Assembly (NCBI RefSeq): GCF_009834535.1 | Contig: NC_045696.1 | Coordinates: 69,752,001-69,816,000, forward strand | Length of the DNA stretch: 64,000 nucleotides | Source of the DNA: Camelus ferus | Lineage: Eukaryota | Reading direction: 5' to 3' | Shown here: positions 1-11,620 of the stretch, piece by piece | Layout of the letters: each line of letters begins with the position of its first letter | Numbering within the stretch: the stretch's first letter is position 1 | The notes under the pieces: model-generated | The model's input: only the letters and a program-made list of their open reading frames with translations | Told to the model about the DNA's origin: nothing | Databases searched by the model: none | Made by a program: the position numbers and the translations under genes

Positions 1-399
1 CAATACAGGGACCATGTCACTTGCTAAATATGGTAAAATTGCAATGCTAAAACTCCAATAAAACACAATAAGTGGAGTTCAAATTATCAGTTGCCCAAAA
101 TCCAGAAATATGTTACTGAGAAGCTAATAAAGTGATTGGGGTGAGCCAAATTGATGTAAATCCAGAGATCTGTATCTCGTGATTTCCAAGCATATCTGTT
201 CTTGTTAAGATTTGGTACCACCTCGTAGAAAGGATCTATTCTGGTTTAAATGTTGATGGGGTGATTCTGAGAACAAATACAATAATTCCAGGAATATTTT
301 GACTAGTTGGCATTTGTTTTATTGGCCCAAATTAGGAATATTTGGGTTATCATCTACCTCATATTATCCACAGAAGTTTTCTACTGACAAAGAACAGTC

Positions 400-570
400 A
401 CCATAGCTCTATTTTTTTTAAGTTGGTACTCACTTCATGAAAGTATTTCTCAGTGCTTTAGTGAGAGAACTATCTTCTGGGTTCTTTCAGGACATAGCTA
501 GAGGGTAGGTGAATAGATTGCAAAAGAGACACCCACTACAAGGTTCCCATTTCTTTAAATCTTTAGATCT
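400..570 (-). mobile_element. Degenerate ERVL/MaLR internal (gag-like) fragment
   Basis: The minus strand near 433-481 reads PEDSSLTKALRNTFMK, similar to the recalled ERVL gag motif PEDTPFTKALRN; contains stops. Confidence 0.4.
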
Positions 571-574
571 CCCT

Positions 575-1900
575 TTCTACTTTATATCAAGTAATGACAA
601 GATACGAAGCATAGAAATAGGAAAAGAACACATGAAAGTATTTGTAAATGAATGTATCATCTATCTAGAAAGAGCAACAGAATCGAGATGCAAACTATTA
701 GAATTAGTAAGTTTGGTAAGTTCTCTGAATATTAAAATCAGCCTACAAAAACCCAGTAGCATTTCTCACAGTATCAATAATCAGCCAGAAAATATAATTT
801 AAAATAAGGTACTATTCACAATAACCTCCGAAAATATAAAGTTTGGGGGCACTAATGAAGACTGCATAAGATGTCTTGTGGGAAAAAAATCTAAAACTTT
901 TTATGAGGGACATAGAAGTTTATCTGAATAAATACAGAGGCAGCCATCCTCTTGGAATGGTTCACGATACTATAAAGATGTCACTTTTCCCCAAGTTTAT
1001 CAATAGATTTGATGTAATCAAAATCAACATTTCACATCAATTTTTTTTTGAGGAAGTCAGTAAACACCACTACAATTTATTTAGGAGAATAAAGTATTAC
1101 AAATAACTAAGTCAATTTTGAAAAACTCAGTCGGGCTTAACATAGAGAAACAGAGCCAGTCAGAGATACATACATTAAGAAATGTATTGCAAGAAATTGG
1201 CTCACATGATTGTGGGGGTTGCCTATGCAAGTCTGAAATTCATAGAGCAGACTGTCACAAAAGGCAGGCTGGAACTCTCAGGCACAGCCTGAAGTTGCTG
1301 TCCACAGGACACATTTCTTCTTGAGAGAAGCCCCAGCTCTGCTCTCAAGGCCTTTAAACTGATTGGATCAGGCCCACCCAGTTTATCTAAGATTATTTTC
1401 CTGACTTAAAGTAAACAGATTAATGGACTTTAATCACATCTACAAAATACCTTCACAACAACACCTAGATTAGTTTTAATTGAATAACCAACCAAGGTGA
1501 CACATTAAAAAGATCCTCACAAAGCGAGCTTGTCCTACTAGTTTTAAAGAAGCACGATGAAGCCCTAGTAATACATTTTTTTAAGCAGTATTACTATAAG
1601 CAGAGTCAGATAGACCCTTGGAACAGAATAGATAGGTTTGAGATAAACCTGTATGTATATGGGAATTTAACATACAATAAATAAAAGCAGCACCACATAG
1701 GAAAGGACAAGTCATTTAATACTCAGTGATGGGGAAACTGGCAATACCTACATGGGAAAAAAACAAAATGATCTGTATCTCATACCACACACAAAAGTGG
1801 ACTCTGGATGGAATTTAACGTAAATGTGATAAATGAAAACAGTAAAAAGAAGAAAGTATACAATGTCTTTGTAAATTATGAGCAAGGAAAGACTTCAAAA
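575..1900 (+). mobile_element. Old LINE-1 ORF2 fragments interrupted by an MLT2 LTR
   Basis: The ORF track shows L1 RT-region-like peptides (KLLELVS...IKISLQKP; IKMSLFPKFINRFD); A-rich strand bias. Confidence 0.75.
1128..1521 (-). mobile_element. MLT2-like (ERVL) solo LTR
   Basis: Characteristic segments: agagaaacagagcc, aaattggctcacatgattgtgg, ctgattggatcaggcccaccca, and caaggtgacacattaaaaagatcctcaca. Confidence 0.75.
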
Positions 1901-2542
1901 ACAAAATCTCTCAGCACACCGGTAGCCAATTTAGGACATTAATAGGGAGTGTATTAAAACAGTGATAGCACCAGAGTCTCCATAAGAAAACTGAGAGGCA
2001 AGCCATGCAGTCGAAGGCAGAGGCTCCAAGACCCATGATCCCGGCTGGGAGTGGTAGAGAAATGCCACAAGGATGAAGCAAGTGAGAGGTACCTCCCTAG
2101 GAGCTTCTTGGACTGAGGAGGAGAGACTGGCTGACTGGGCGTGGGAGGGAGGGTTCTAGAGATTTAGCTAATTGAGCATCAAATACTGTTTTGTAACAGC
2201 TCATTCAACCTCTCACCTTGCCATGCTGCATGTGGTCTGAGATTCTTGTTACATTAAGAAAAAGAAACTCAATCCACTCTTTGAGTCTTCTTTTAACGAT
2301 GTTGGCATTATAAATATTCTGGTGAGGACAATATTAGCATTGACATTCCATTCTACCATGGCAAACCAGCAAAAACAAATATCAAAGACAAAGAATTTTA
2401 CCCTCTCTTTCACTACTATCCAGTTCAGAAAATGTATTCCTGTAGGCCAAACCCTTTTTTCTCCTACGCTTTCATAATGAAAACTGTCCAAATGCTATCA
2501 AAAGCTTTAAAGGAAGCCATTAAAAAACAAAACAAAACACCT

Positions 2543-2662
2543 GGGAGGAGGGTATAACTCAGTGGCAGAGCGCTTGCTTAGCATGCACCAGGTCCTGGGT
2601 TCAATCCCCAGTACCCCCATTATAAATAAACAAATAAGTAAGTAAACCTAATTACCGCCCCC
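2543..2662 (+). mobile_element. tRNA-derived SINE (camelid Vic-1-like)
   Basis: A box ta(a)ctcagtgg, B box gggttcaatccc, and tail taaataaac...cctaattacc shared with other copies in the window. Confidence 0.85.
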
Positions 2663-2758
2663 TCTCAAAGTTTTTTTTTAAAAAAGGAAGCACCTAGAGG
2701 AAAATGTAAGGGTACATTAAAATAAATTTTAAACACTAAATTTTTTCTTGTTTTTTTT

Positions 2759-2882
2759 GGGGGGTGGGGTGTAATTAGGTTTATTTATTTATTTATTTAG
2801 GTTTTAATGGAGGTAGTGGGGATTGAACCTAGGACCTTGGCATGCTAAGCACACATTCCACCACTGAGCTATATCCTCCCCC
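2759..2882 (-). mobile_element. tRNA-derived SINE (Vic-1-like)
   Basis: Reverse complement of the same consensus: gtaattaggtttatttattt...ggattgaacc...ccactgagctatatcctcccc. Confidence 0.85.
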
Positions 2883-3169
2883 TCAGAATACACTTATTTT
2901 GTCTCTGAATGAGAGGAGTTTTTCAGCCTATATGTAATAAAGAAATTCCTAACAAAGGAAATCTATAGCTCTGACTATGTGAAAATTTAGTTTCTTGTGG
3001 TTAACACAAATTGGGATAGCTGCGCAGCTCACAGTGATTTCCCATTGACCAAATTTGTGCCACTACTTCTTTTTCCAGTACTAGATCTGCCTCCCAGCAT
3101 AGGTGTAGGCACATCACCCAGGCTAGCCAATCTTAGTACCTCTCTCTTCCCACTTCCTATTCATTTTTT

Positions 3170-4980
3170 CATCTATTAATTCATTCCACAACTGTTTATG
3201 GAGTAAGGATTCAAAGCTGAGCAAAAGGTTCCTGCCCTCTTGAAGCTTAGGATTTTGAGGGGAAATAAGCATTAATCAAATACTTCTGCTAATAAATATA
3301 TAATTACAAGCAGAGATAAGTTCTCTAAAGAAGAGGAACATGGGTCAATGAGACCATAAATCAAAGGAAAAGATATACACTAGAGGCAGGGAGGAGGGCA
3401 GTCAGGACTGAGGGGGTGTCACAGGAGATGACAGGTGAAGCATTGGGTAGGAATAAACCAGGTGAAAGAGAGAATGCACTGCAAGCCAAGAGAATCACAG
3501 CCATCTGTCAGTGTAAAAGCAATAGATTAGCAGAGATAATCCTGTCACTGGTTGTTAAAGAAATGCAAAATAAACAGCTACCAGATGTCACATTTTACCT
3601 ATTAGATTAACAAAGTTTTAAAATTTTTTATTGCAATGGTATGGTGAATATTCATAGATTGCAACTAGGAGTGTAAATTAATACAACTTTTCTGGAAAGT
3701 AAGTTGACAGTATGTTTCAAATATCCTAAGAAAAGAGAGAGAACTAATGCATAGTGTAATGAATATAGACAATAATATTGTACTACTAAAAAAAAAAGTC
3801 CTAAAAATGATCATACTTGTTGACAAAGTATTTCTCCTCCTAGGAATCTAGCCTAAGCAAAAATAAATCAATAAAAAATTAGATATGGATTTATGTACAA
3901 GGGAGGAGATAGCTCAGTGGTAGAGTGCCTGCCTAGCATGCACAAGGTCCTGGGTTCAATCCCCAGTACTTCCAGTTAAAAAAAATAAAGTAAAAAAATA
4001 GATTTATGTACAAAATATTCATTGAAGCATTATTTCAAATGTTTAAAAATTAGAAAAATAAGGAAAACAATTAAAGTATTACAGCTATATGGTAGAATAT
4101 TATACAGCTAATAGTATACATGCAGGATACATCACTTTTCTAATCAGAGAAAAGAATCCAATTAAAATGTTCCATTGCCAACAAACTATTATAGTGTTCA
4201 ATGCATAATTTGTTATTTAATTACTACTTGTTGAATAAAAATTCATGATTGACAACAAATATGATTTATAAGTTCCGGATGTATTACAAGATTTTAATGT
4301 ATATCCAATTTTGTATTTGTATACACAACTGCCTACTTGACAATTTCCACTTTGATGTTTCATAACACCTCACACTTACTGAGCTCAAAATCAAACCCCT
4401 ACCCCTTCCCTGCCTCTCTAACTCCTTCCCTTTCAGGCTTCCCCATCCCAGTCTTGAGCATCCCAGGCTATCTTGAGTCTTTCTTGTTGTCTTCATCCGC
4501 TCACCCTACAAGTCTACTCATTTCTGTCTCCAAAATCTGTCCATTTCTCTGTCTCCTTTGCTACCACCTTATTGCAGGAGTCTGTCTCCTGGACCAATGC
4601 AATAGCTTCCTAACTGATCTCCTTGCTTTGAACTCCCTCCAAACCATTCTCCATCCAATAGATAGTGTGACCTTATAAATATAAAAACTGAGTCAAGCCA
4701 TTCCCCTGCTGAAACCATTTCAACAGCTTTCCACGGCATTTAAATAACATTCAACATCCTTTCCATGACCTACAAAATAATCGCTAACTTATGGGCCAGA
4801 CAATTATTCCAAATGCTTTCCATTTACTAACTCAAGGAATCCTAACAAGAAGACTATGAAGTAAGTATTCTTACAATTTCTAATTTACAGACAAGGCAAA
4901 TGAGGCACAGAGGTTAATTTGCCCAGGGTCTCTAAGTAACAGTGGAGGCAGGGTTCAACCCCAGGCAGTCCAGACGCTGC
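3170..4980. mobile_element. Mosaic of ancient repeats: L2 (~3170-3510 and ~4340-4780), L1ME-like (~3530-4130), MIR (~4780-4980)
   Basis: L2 motifs (ttcctgccctcttgaagctta; tgcaatagcttcctaactgatctcc) and MIR core (tttacagacaaggcaaatgaggcacagaggttaa). Boundaries approximate. Confidence 0.6.
3901..4000 (+). mobile_element. tRNA-derived SINE, short-tail form, with 13-bp target-site duplication
   Basis: Intact A box tagctcagtgg and B box gggttcaatccc, A-rich tail, and TSD gatttatgtacaa at 3888-3900 and 4001-4013. Confidence 0.9.
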
Positions 4981-5909
4981 TCTTGGCACCACAAGCCACA
5001 CCCAGAACTCAGCTGTGCTCACAGGGATCCTGTGGTCTGGCCTCTAGGCTCCTGGAACCCAACAAACGTATTTGTGCCCTGGCTGATTTCCTCCCAGGAA
5101 CATTGTTTTCATAGCTTTTTAAATAGCTGGCTTCTCATCTTCTTAAAAAGGGGTTGGTAAAATAAATCATGGCACTTATTTACAATGGAATACCATACAA
5201 ATACTTTTTAAATAGGAGCCAAATCTATATATGCTAATATGGAAAGATATTTAGCATATTTTAGATCGCTAAGTGAAAAAAGCCAAGCGGCAGAATAGCA
5301 TGTTAAAATAAAAGAATGTGTATGGCATGATTCCATGTGTTTTATTTAAATTTTTTTATATTTCTATCAAAGGTCTAAAACTTTATACACTAATTGTTTA
5401 ACTGAGGTAACCTCTGAGGAGTGAGACTGGGAAAGGAAAAAGGAATGGGAAAGAGAATTTTCATTTTTTACATTGCATACCTACTGTTTGAATTTTTCTA
5501 TCCCCAGCCTATATTAGTAGTGTAATAATAATTCTAAAACAAATATTTTCCTTATATGTTAAATGCCTGAGTGTTACATTTGTTATTTTGGTATTCTAAT
5601 TTTTGCTACTTTTATCCCTCTCCCAGTTTTCTCTAGGTAGCTGGAGAAAGTCTCTAATTTAATTCTTTTATTTTTTTATAAACTGAGTTTTTCTTTAGTG
5701 CTCAGGACACTCCAAAGTGGTTATTTTACTGCAACTATTTACATTATACAGCCATAGTCATCATACTAACCAAATGTTTTCTTAATTTCCCCACAGTTCT
5801 AAGCTGGTTCATGAAAATCAGCCTTGACTAAGTCTCCAACTTTTGACTTCCACATTCATGTTTCCAAACAATAAACAGATGTCAGTTACTTTAACTGCTG
5901 TTCTCCGAG

Positions 5910-6449
5910 TGTTATGAGTCCAAGCTCATACTGCTCGCCACACGACAGGCCAATAAACTGAGAGACCGGTTGCTGGGGCAAGGAATAGTTACTTTATTCA
6001 GAAAACCAGCAGACTGAGAAGATAGCATATGAATGTCCCAAAGACTCACCTTACCCAAGTTAGAATTTAGGCTTTTTTTTATACTAGGGATAAGAGGGGT
6101 GCTGGTTGGTGCCACCCAAACCCTAGAAGGGATATGATAATCCTTTGTTCTTGTAGCTGTCCAGGTAGCTAAGGTTGAGATGTTCCTGTAAACCTCCAAC
6201 AAGATAAATGTTATTTTCTGTTCTGCCACTTTTTAATCTCTATATGAATGAAAAGTGTTATGGCCTTAAAGGTCAAGCCTGAGAGGTAAAGCTTTGAAAA
6301 AGCACTCTTATGTCTATTTCAGGCTATAGGCAACATTCTTTCAGACAAAAGTACAGAACCAACATGACTAAGCACAGGCAATAGAGTGCAAAGTTCAGAA
6401 CTAAAAGAATAGATCCAATATGGAGCCTGGTTTGTTCTTGTCTGTTACG
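5910..6449 (-). mobile_element. ERV1-like solo LTR (~540 bp)
   Basis: Termini tgtta...tgttac(g). On the minus strand a TATAAA (6078-6083) precedes an AATAAA (5993-5998), giving U3-R-U5 order. Confidence 0.7.
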
Positions 6450-7374
6450 TGAAGACCCCCTCCACATCACTCTTTTGAGGATTTTGCTTATTCAGTGTAA
6501 GGTTTTCTTGTCCATCTCTATGCAGCTAATTCCAATTCTGTATATATATTCCACCCAGATCTTCCCTGAGCTGCAGACTGTAATAACCAGTACTCACTGA
6601 ACATCTTCATTTCAATGTCCCAAATTGAACTCACCATTCTGCCCCACCTTCCCTTATTTTCCTTCCTAGTTAATGGCACCATTGTCCTTTCACTTGGTCA
6701 CCTAAGCCAGAACCTAGAAGTTGGTCTAGGTTTTCTCTCTCCTTCACTTCCACAGCCCAGTTGTATCTTGGGGGACTACTCCTGGGAGCAATTCTGAATC
6801 AGTCAGGGTCCAATCAGAAGAGATAAACTACACAGTAATATGAACAGAGAAAATTTAATATAAAGAGACCTTGGGGGAGAGGGCCTAGACTCTATAAGGA
6901 GACATAACAATTAAATTTGGGGCTGGCCTCTGGCTTTCCTCTAAGCTGTGGGAGTACGCCTCAGTTAGAAAGTACTTCCAAGTGGGCACATTATTTCCTC
7001 CTGCATGATTATCCCCTACCAAGACACAAAATTTTCATGGTCATTTTTTACTATCTCTTTTCCTTTTATTCTCATATTCCCATCAAGACCAGTCAGGTGC
7101 ACTCTTTCAGTCTACCTACTCCATTCTTGCTGCCATGGGAATCCAATCCTCCTCACCTCATATTTACTGTATAGGAACCACATTCCACACAGCCACTCAT
7201 TCATCATCTAGGCCCTATGCTGAAGATCAGACATGAACTGACACATAAGCCTTCCAGCTAGACCTCCATGTCTTCACCAGGACAATCTTATCTGCTTTCA
7301 GCAAGTAAGCCCCCTCCTCAGGGACCTATAAGGCACGCTGTTGCCCACCCAACAAATTCTAAATTCATACTTTG

Positions 7375-7900
7375 CTTTCTTTCATTTACTCAACAAGTGT
7401 TATTGAAGTGTTACCACATGCCAGGCACTGGTACCAGGTATAAAGAGGTGGACAAACTAGGCATGAGCCCTGTCCTCAAGGAATGTAGTCTAGTGAGAAA
7501 GACAGACACAAAAGCCAAAATCACAGAAGTAATAATCACTGTTGTATTGTATAATCACTATTGTTTAATTACAATTGTTATGAATGATATGAGGGGTGCT
7601 TATGAGCATATAAACAAGAGATCTAATCTAATATAAACCAGGAAGCAAGACAAGGCCTGAGATCTGAGTAGGAGCCCAGGTTTAGGTATGTGTCAGGAGT
7701 GGGGGTTGTTAAACGTTCCAGGAAGAGGGAACAGTTCATTCAAATTTCCAGGGTTGAGGGTACATGGAGTGGGAGAAACTATTTGCCTATAGCATAGTAA
7801 TCAAGGAGGAGAGTGGCAGATAAGGAACAGATCATGCGGAGAATTGCAGATTCTTTAAAGGTTTTTGGACTTTGTCCTAAAAGTTATGAGAAGCCATTGG
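7375..7900 (-). mobile_element. L2 3'-end fragment
   Basis: ttcatttactcaacaagtgttattgaagtgttaccacatgccaggcactg and ccctgtcctcaaggaatgtagtctagtg. Confidence 0.7.
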
Positions 7901-9039
7901 ATAACTTGACATGACATACTTTTTTCTCTTAACATTTTATTGTGAAAATTCAAACATAGTGGAGAGAATTGTACAATGAACACCAATATTGTTGACTCAC
8001 ATGGATTTTACAATTAACATTTTGCTCCTAACTTATTTTTAAATTACGTCACATTGACAACTATGGAGGTGTTAAAAAGGAGGAAATAAATTTAATCTCA
8101 TCATCTCAGGGAGGATACAGAAAGTTTAGAAATGGTACAGCCTAGCTGACATTATGATTAGAAATTTTTTTCTTGGTTTATCACCAGCATTTATAAAACC
8201 AGACCTAGGGAAATAACTAGGTCTGGGGACACATACATGGTCTTGATATAGCAAATATTTAGCCTTGATTAGAAATTATTAAATGCACAAAAGTACAAAG
8301 GATCATTGAAAAATTCCAAACACAATTCTTGGGGAAAAGTGTACTACAGTTATTTTTTTCACATACACCCTATTTCACTTTATCTTTGTGAACTATGACT
8401 CCAGCTCCAAGGTAATGGGTTAAATCTTTTTATAACCCAATTTCTTCTTACTAGGACTTGAAATACAGTGTTTCAGGAGGTAAAACTCCACAAACACTTT
8501 AGTTTCTAAGATAATTTGCACTTCACCAGACAAGTGAGTTGATGAAGCCCTGATAAATGATGGCAAGGGAGATGGAGGGGGGAAAAAAAGATAAATTGAA
8601 AAAAAAATATGGGAAGTAAAACTGATGGGATGTATTAGCTAATTAAATGAGGGGAAAAGAAAAGGAAGTTTTAGCAGAGATGTTTAGAGGGCAAAGGGGG
8701 AATAGATTATTAAAACAATTATTTTAATCTTGGATATGTTAATTTGTATAAGCCTCTGAAATAAGCAGGTGAATATTCCAGTAGGCAACTAGACTTTAAG
8801 CAAGTAACTGCAAAGGGTAGTGGTGTTCAAGGCTATAAATATAGATTTGAAAACCAAAGGCATATAGGTCCCTATATGATTGAAAGGATGAAAGCATCCT
8901 TTGAAAGGATGAAAGCAGATGAGGTTGGCTGTGGAGAGAATGTAAAAAGAGCAGACAATTGTCATTTCTTGAGTCATCACCAAATCTCTGGGTCTCAGGT
9001 ATCTTAAATAATGATGCTGTTCCAGATGACTATTTTAAA

Positions 9040-9830
9040 CCAAGCAAGAATCAAATTGCCAATTCTTACAACTCAATAATAAAAAGAGTAATAATGGGCA
9101 AGGTATCTGAATAGACATTTCTCCAGAGACGATCTACAAATGGCTGATAAACACATGAAACATCATTATTAGGGATAGGCAAATAAAAACCACAATGGTA
9201 TACCACTTCACACTCACTAGGGTGGCTGAAATTAAATGGCAGTTCCTCAGAAAGTTAAACATAGAGTTACCATACGGCCCAGTAATCCCATTACTAGGTG
9301 TATTCCCAAAAGAATTGAAAACATTCATACAAAAACTTGCCCGTGAATGTTCATAGCAGCATTATTCATAATAGCTAAAAAGTGGAAACCATCCCAAAGT
9401 CTACCAACTGATGAATGGATAGATAAAATGTGATACACCAAAACAATGGAATATCATTCAGCCATAAAGAGGAATGAAATACTGATACATGCTACAGCAT
9501 GGATGAACCTTGAAAACTTTATGCTAAGAAGTCAGTCACAAAGGACTTCATATTACACGTATGATTCCATTTATATGAAATGTCCAGAATAGGCAAAACT
9601 ATGGGCGAAGAAGATTAGAGATTCCTTAGACGTGTGAGGGTGGGGAAGTGTGAGGGAAGATGAGACATGACTATTAATGATAGGTTTCTTTTGGGGAGGC
9701 CATAAAACTGTTCTAAATTTGTGATGACGGTTGCGCAATTTTGTAAATATAAAAACCACTTGAATTGTACATTTTAAATAGGAGTATTGCATGGTATGCG
9801 AATTATAACTCAAGAAGGTTGTTTAAAAAA
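9040..9830 (+). mobile_element. L1MA/MB-type 3' end
   Basis: ORF2 C-terminal DNA (caaataaaaaccacaatggtataccacttcac) and 3' UTR ending in an A-rich tail. Confidence 0.85.
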
Positions 9831-10384
9831 CTGAAATGGCCCTGTTATCAAAGTACGTCACCAGCCAGAGACCATACTTTTTTTTTTTTAATGGATGGGG
9901 AAATAACAGGCGCAGACAAATGTCGGAACTTCCAAATTTGGGCTCTTTCCACTCTATCATGCTATAGGGGTGATGGCAGAATTAATCTTCATTCTTTGTG
10001 ATACCATTATAGTCATACATCTCTCTAACACTTAAAATCATTGTTTACAAATGTATGCTTAACAGTCCTCCCTTATTAGACCACCTAAGTCTTCAGATCA
10101 GAGATTCTGTCTGACTTCTGAGCATCAGTGTCTTGGTAAAGTGTTTCGGCACTTAACAGATGTTCAAGTGAAGCTTTTTCAAGTAGAAAAGATCCACAAC
10201 TGAGGCTACCTATTTAAAAGCAAAGCACGGAATCCAGTATACAGATAACCGCCCTCTCCAACCAAAGGCAGGCACAAAAAAAGAGAAACTAATAAAGCGG
10301 AAGAAAGGAAAGATGGATGGGAGAAAAGGAGGGCATCGCCTCCCTCTGCCCCCAAGGACGGTTTTCTTGTACAGTTCCACAAGG

Positions 10385-11620
10385 AATTGAGGCGCGGCGG
10401 GTGACTTCACTATGCTCCATGACGACCACCACTGAGGCGCGCTTACTTTCCCGCCTCAGAGAAACCCGGAGATGGGGTTAGCGCTGCGCGAGGGGCGGTG
10501 CTTACGTCACGTCCGGTTAGGGACAAGCCACTGCTGGAAAGGGAAAGCGGGGAGCGAGGGGGTGGAGCCAAGAAAGCGCGCCTTCTGGGAAGGGGTGGGG
10601 CCTGGTTAAAGAGCGCCGCGTCATATCCGGGAGACTTAGAGCCCGTGCGGAGGCGGTACGGAGCGCTTCGCTTCTCAGCGGCTCAGGAACCACTGCGTGG
10701 TGCGAGGCTGCGGCGGAGCCTCTAGACAGAAGGCGCAAGAGGTTGGCAGCTTCGATTGAAGCACATCGAGCGGCGAAGGCAGATAGGAGTCATGAGCGAC
10801 AGCGGCGAGCAGAACTACGGCGAGCGGGTACGTAGGGCCGGTGCAGGGGGCGGCTGTGTGGTTCCCAGCTTCTCTCATCTCTTTCCAGGCCCGTCGGCCT
10901 CGGAGCGGGAGACCGGGGCGACTTAGGCTCCGAAGTCTGAGGCCGGGAAGGATGGGAGTCAGGGATTGAAGAGCCCTTGTGGGTAGTCGCTTTAGTCGTG
11001 AAGGAGGCCGCCGGCGGGTTTTGGTGGCCCCGTACCCGAAACGGCGGTTTTTTCCGTTATAACAGGGGGAGAGATTAAAAATGGCCGCTGCGTCCCCTCG
11101 GCGGTGGGGGAGGGGAGCGGTATCTAGTTTCGCCGTTGCTCTCCTGCGAAGCCTCGTTGCAGCCATCTTGGGCTGGCGGGCTGGGCGCGCTGCCAGAGGC
11201 ACAAAATGGCGGAGGAGCCGCGCGTCAACGCGGGCGCGACCCGCCGCCGGGGACGGAGGCGGACCCGCAGTGTGAATTGGGGTCTTTCGCTTGGTATTTA
11301 GATTGAGACAGGGCCTTCCTATGGGCCCCGAAGGGATGGAATCGAGGGTCTTACTGGGGTATCTTTAGGGTGGGAAATCTCGTCTGAGGTAGACTTGAGT
11401 TCTGGGCCCGTTAGTTTGAGGGAATTGCGCGCGGGCTTTGTTCGACCTAAGTGGAGTGCTTTTCTTTGATACTGAAAGGGCTTTTAGACCAAAATTCGTT
11501 GTCGGTGCCAAGTGGATCGCGAAGTCGCTGGGATTTTCTCGTTTTATGAAGTAGATATTTTCCCCACCGGAGGATGGAGGAGAAATTGGCGGGCAACAAT
11601 TCATGGCGACGTTGTTTCCT
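10385..11620 (+). promoter_or_regulatory. CpG-island promoter, exon 1 and start of intron 1 of TRA2B
   Basis: Sharp rise in GC and CpG against an AT-rich, CpG-depleted background. E2F-like TTTCCCGCC at 10447-10455, CRE-like TTACGTCA at 10502-10509, GC/KLF boxes, and YY1-like motifs at 11078, 11159 and 11202. Confidence 0.9.
10792..10827 (+). CDS. TRA2B: TRA2B exon 1, coding part ([12 protein letters not shown])
   Basis: ATG at 10792 in context gagtcATGa; donor CGG|gtacgt at 10828. Confidence 0.97.

Noticed and set aside
3901..3975. Apparent tRNA gene (A and B boxes, cloverleaf-like)
   Set aside because: It has an A-rich tail, a 13-bp TSD and five diverged siblings in the window, so it is a SINE.
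8199..8226. Perfect 10-bp hairpin CCAGACCTAG-8nt-CTAGGTCTGG
   Set aside because: Isolated and intergenic; a stem of this size can occur by chance in 64 kb, and nothing else supports a function.
10675..11202. 175-aa minus-strand ORF and other ORFs over the CpG island
   Set aside because: Stop codons are scarce in GC-rich DNA. The peptide is low-complexity Arg/Pro/Ala, has no recognisable domain, and is antisense to exon 1.
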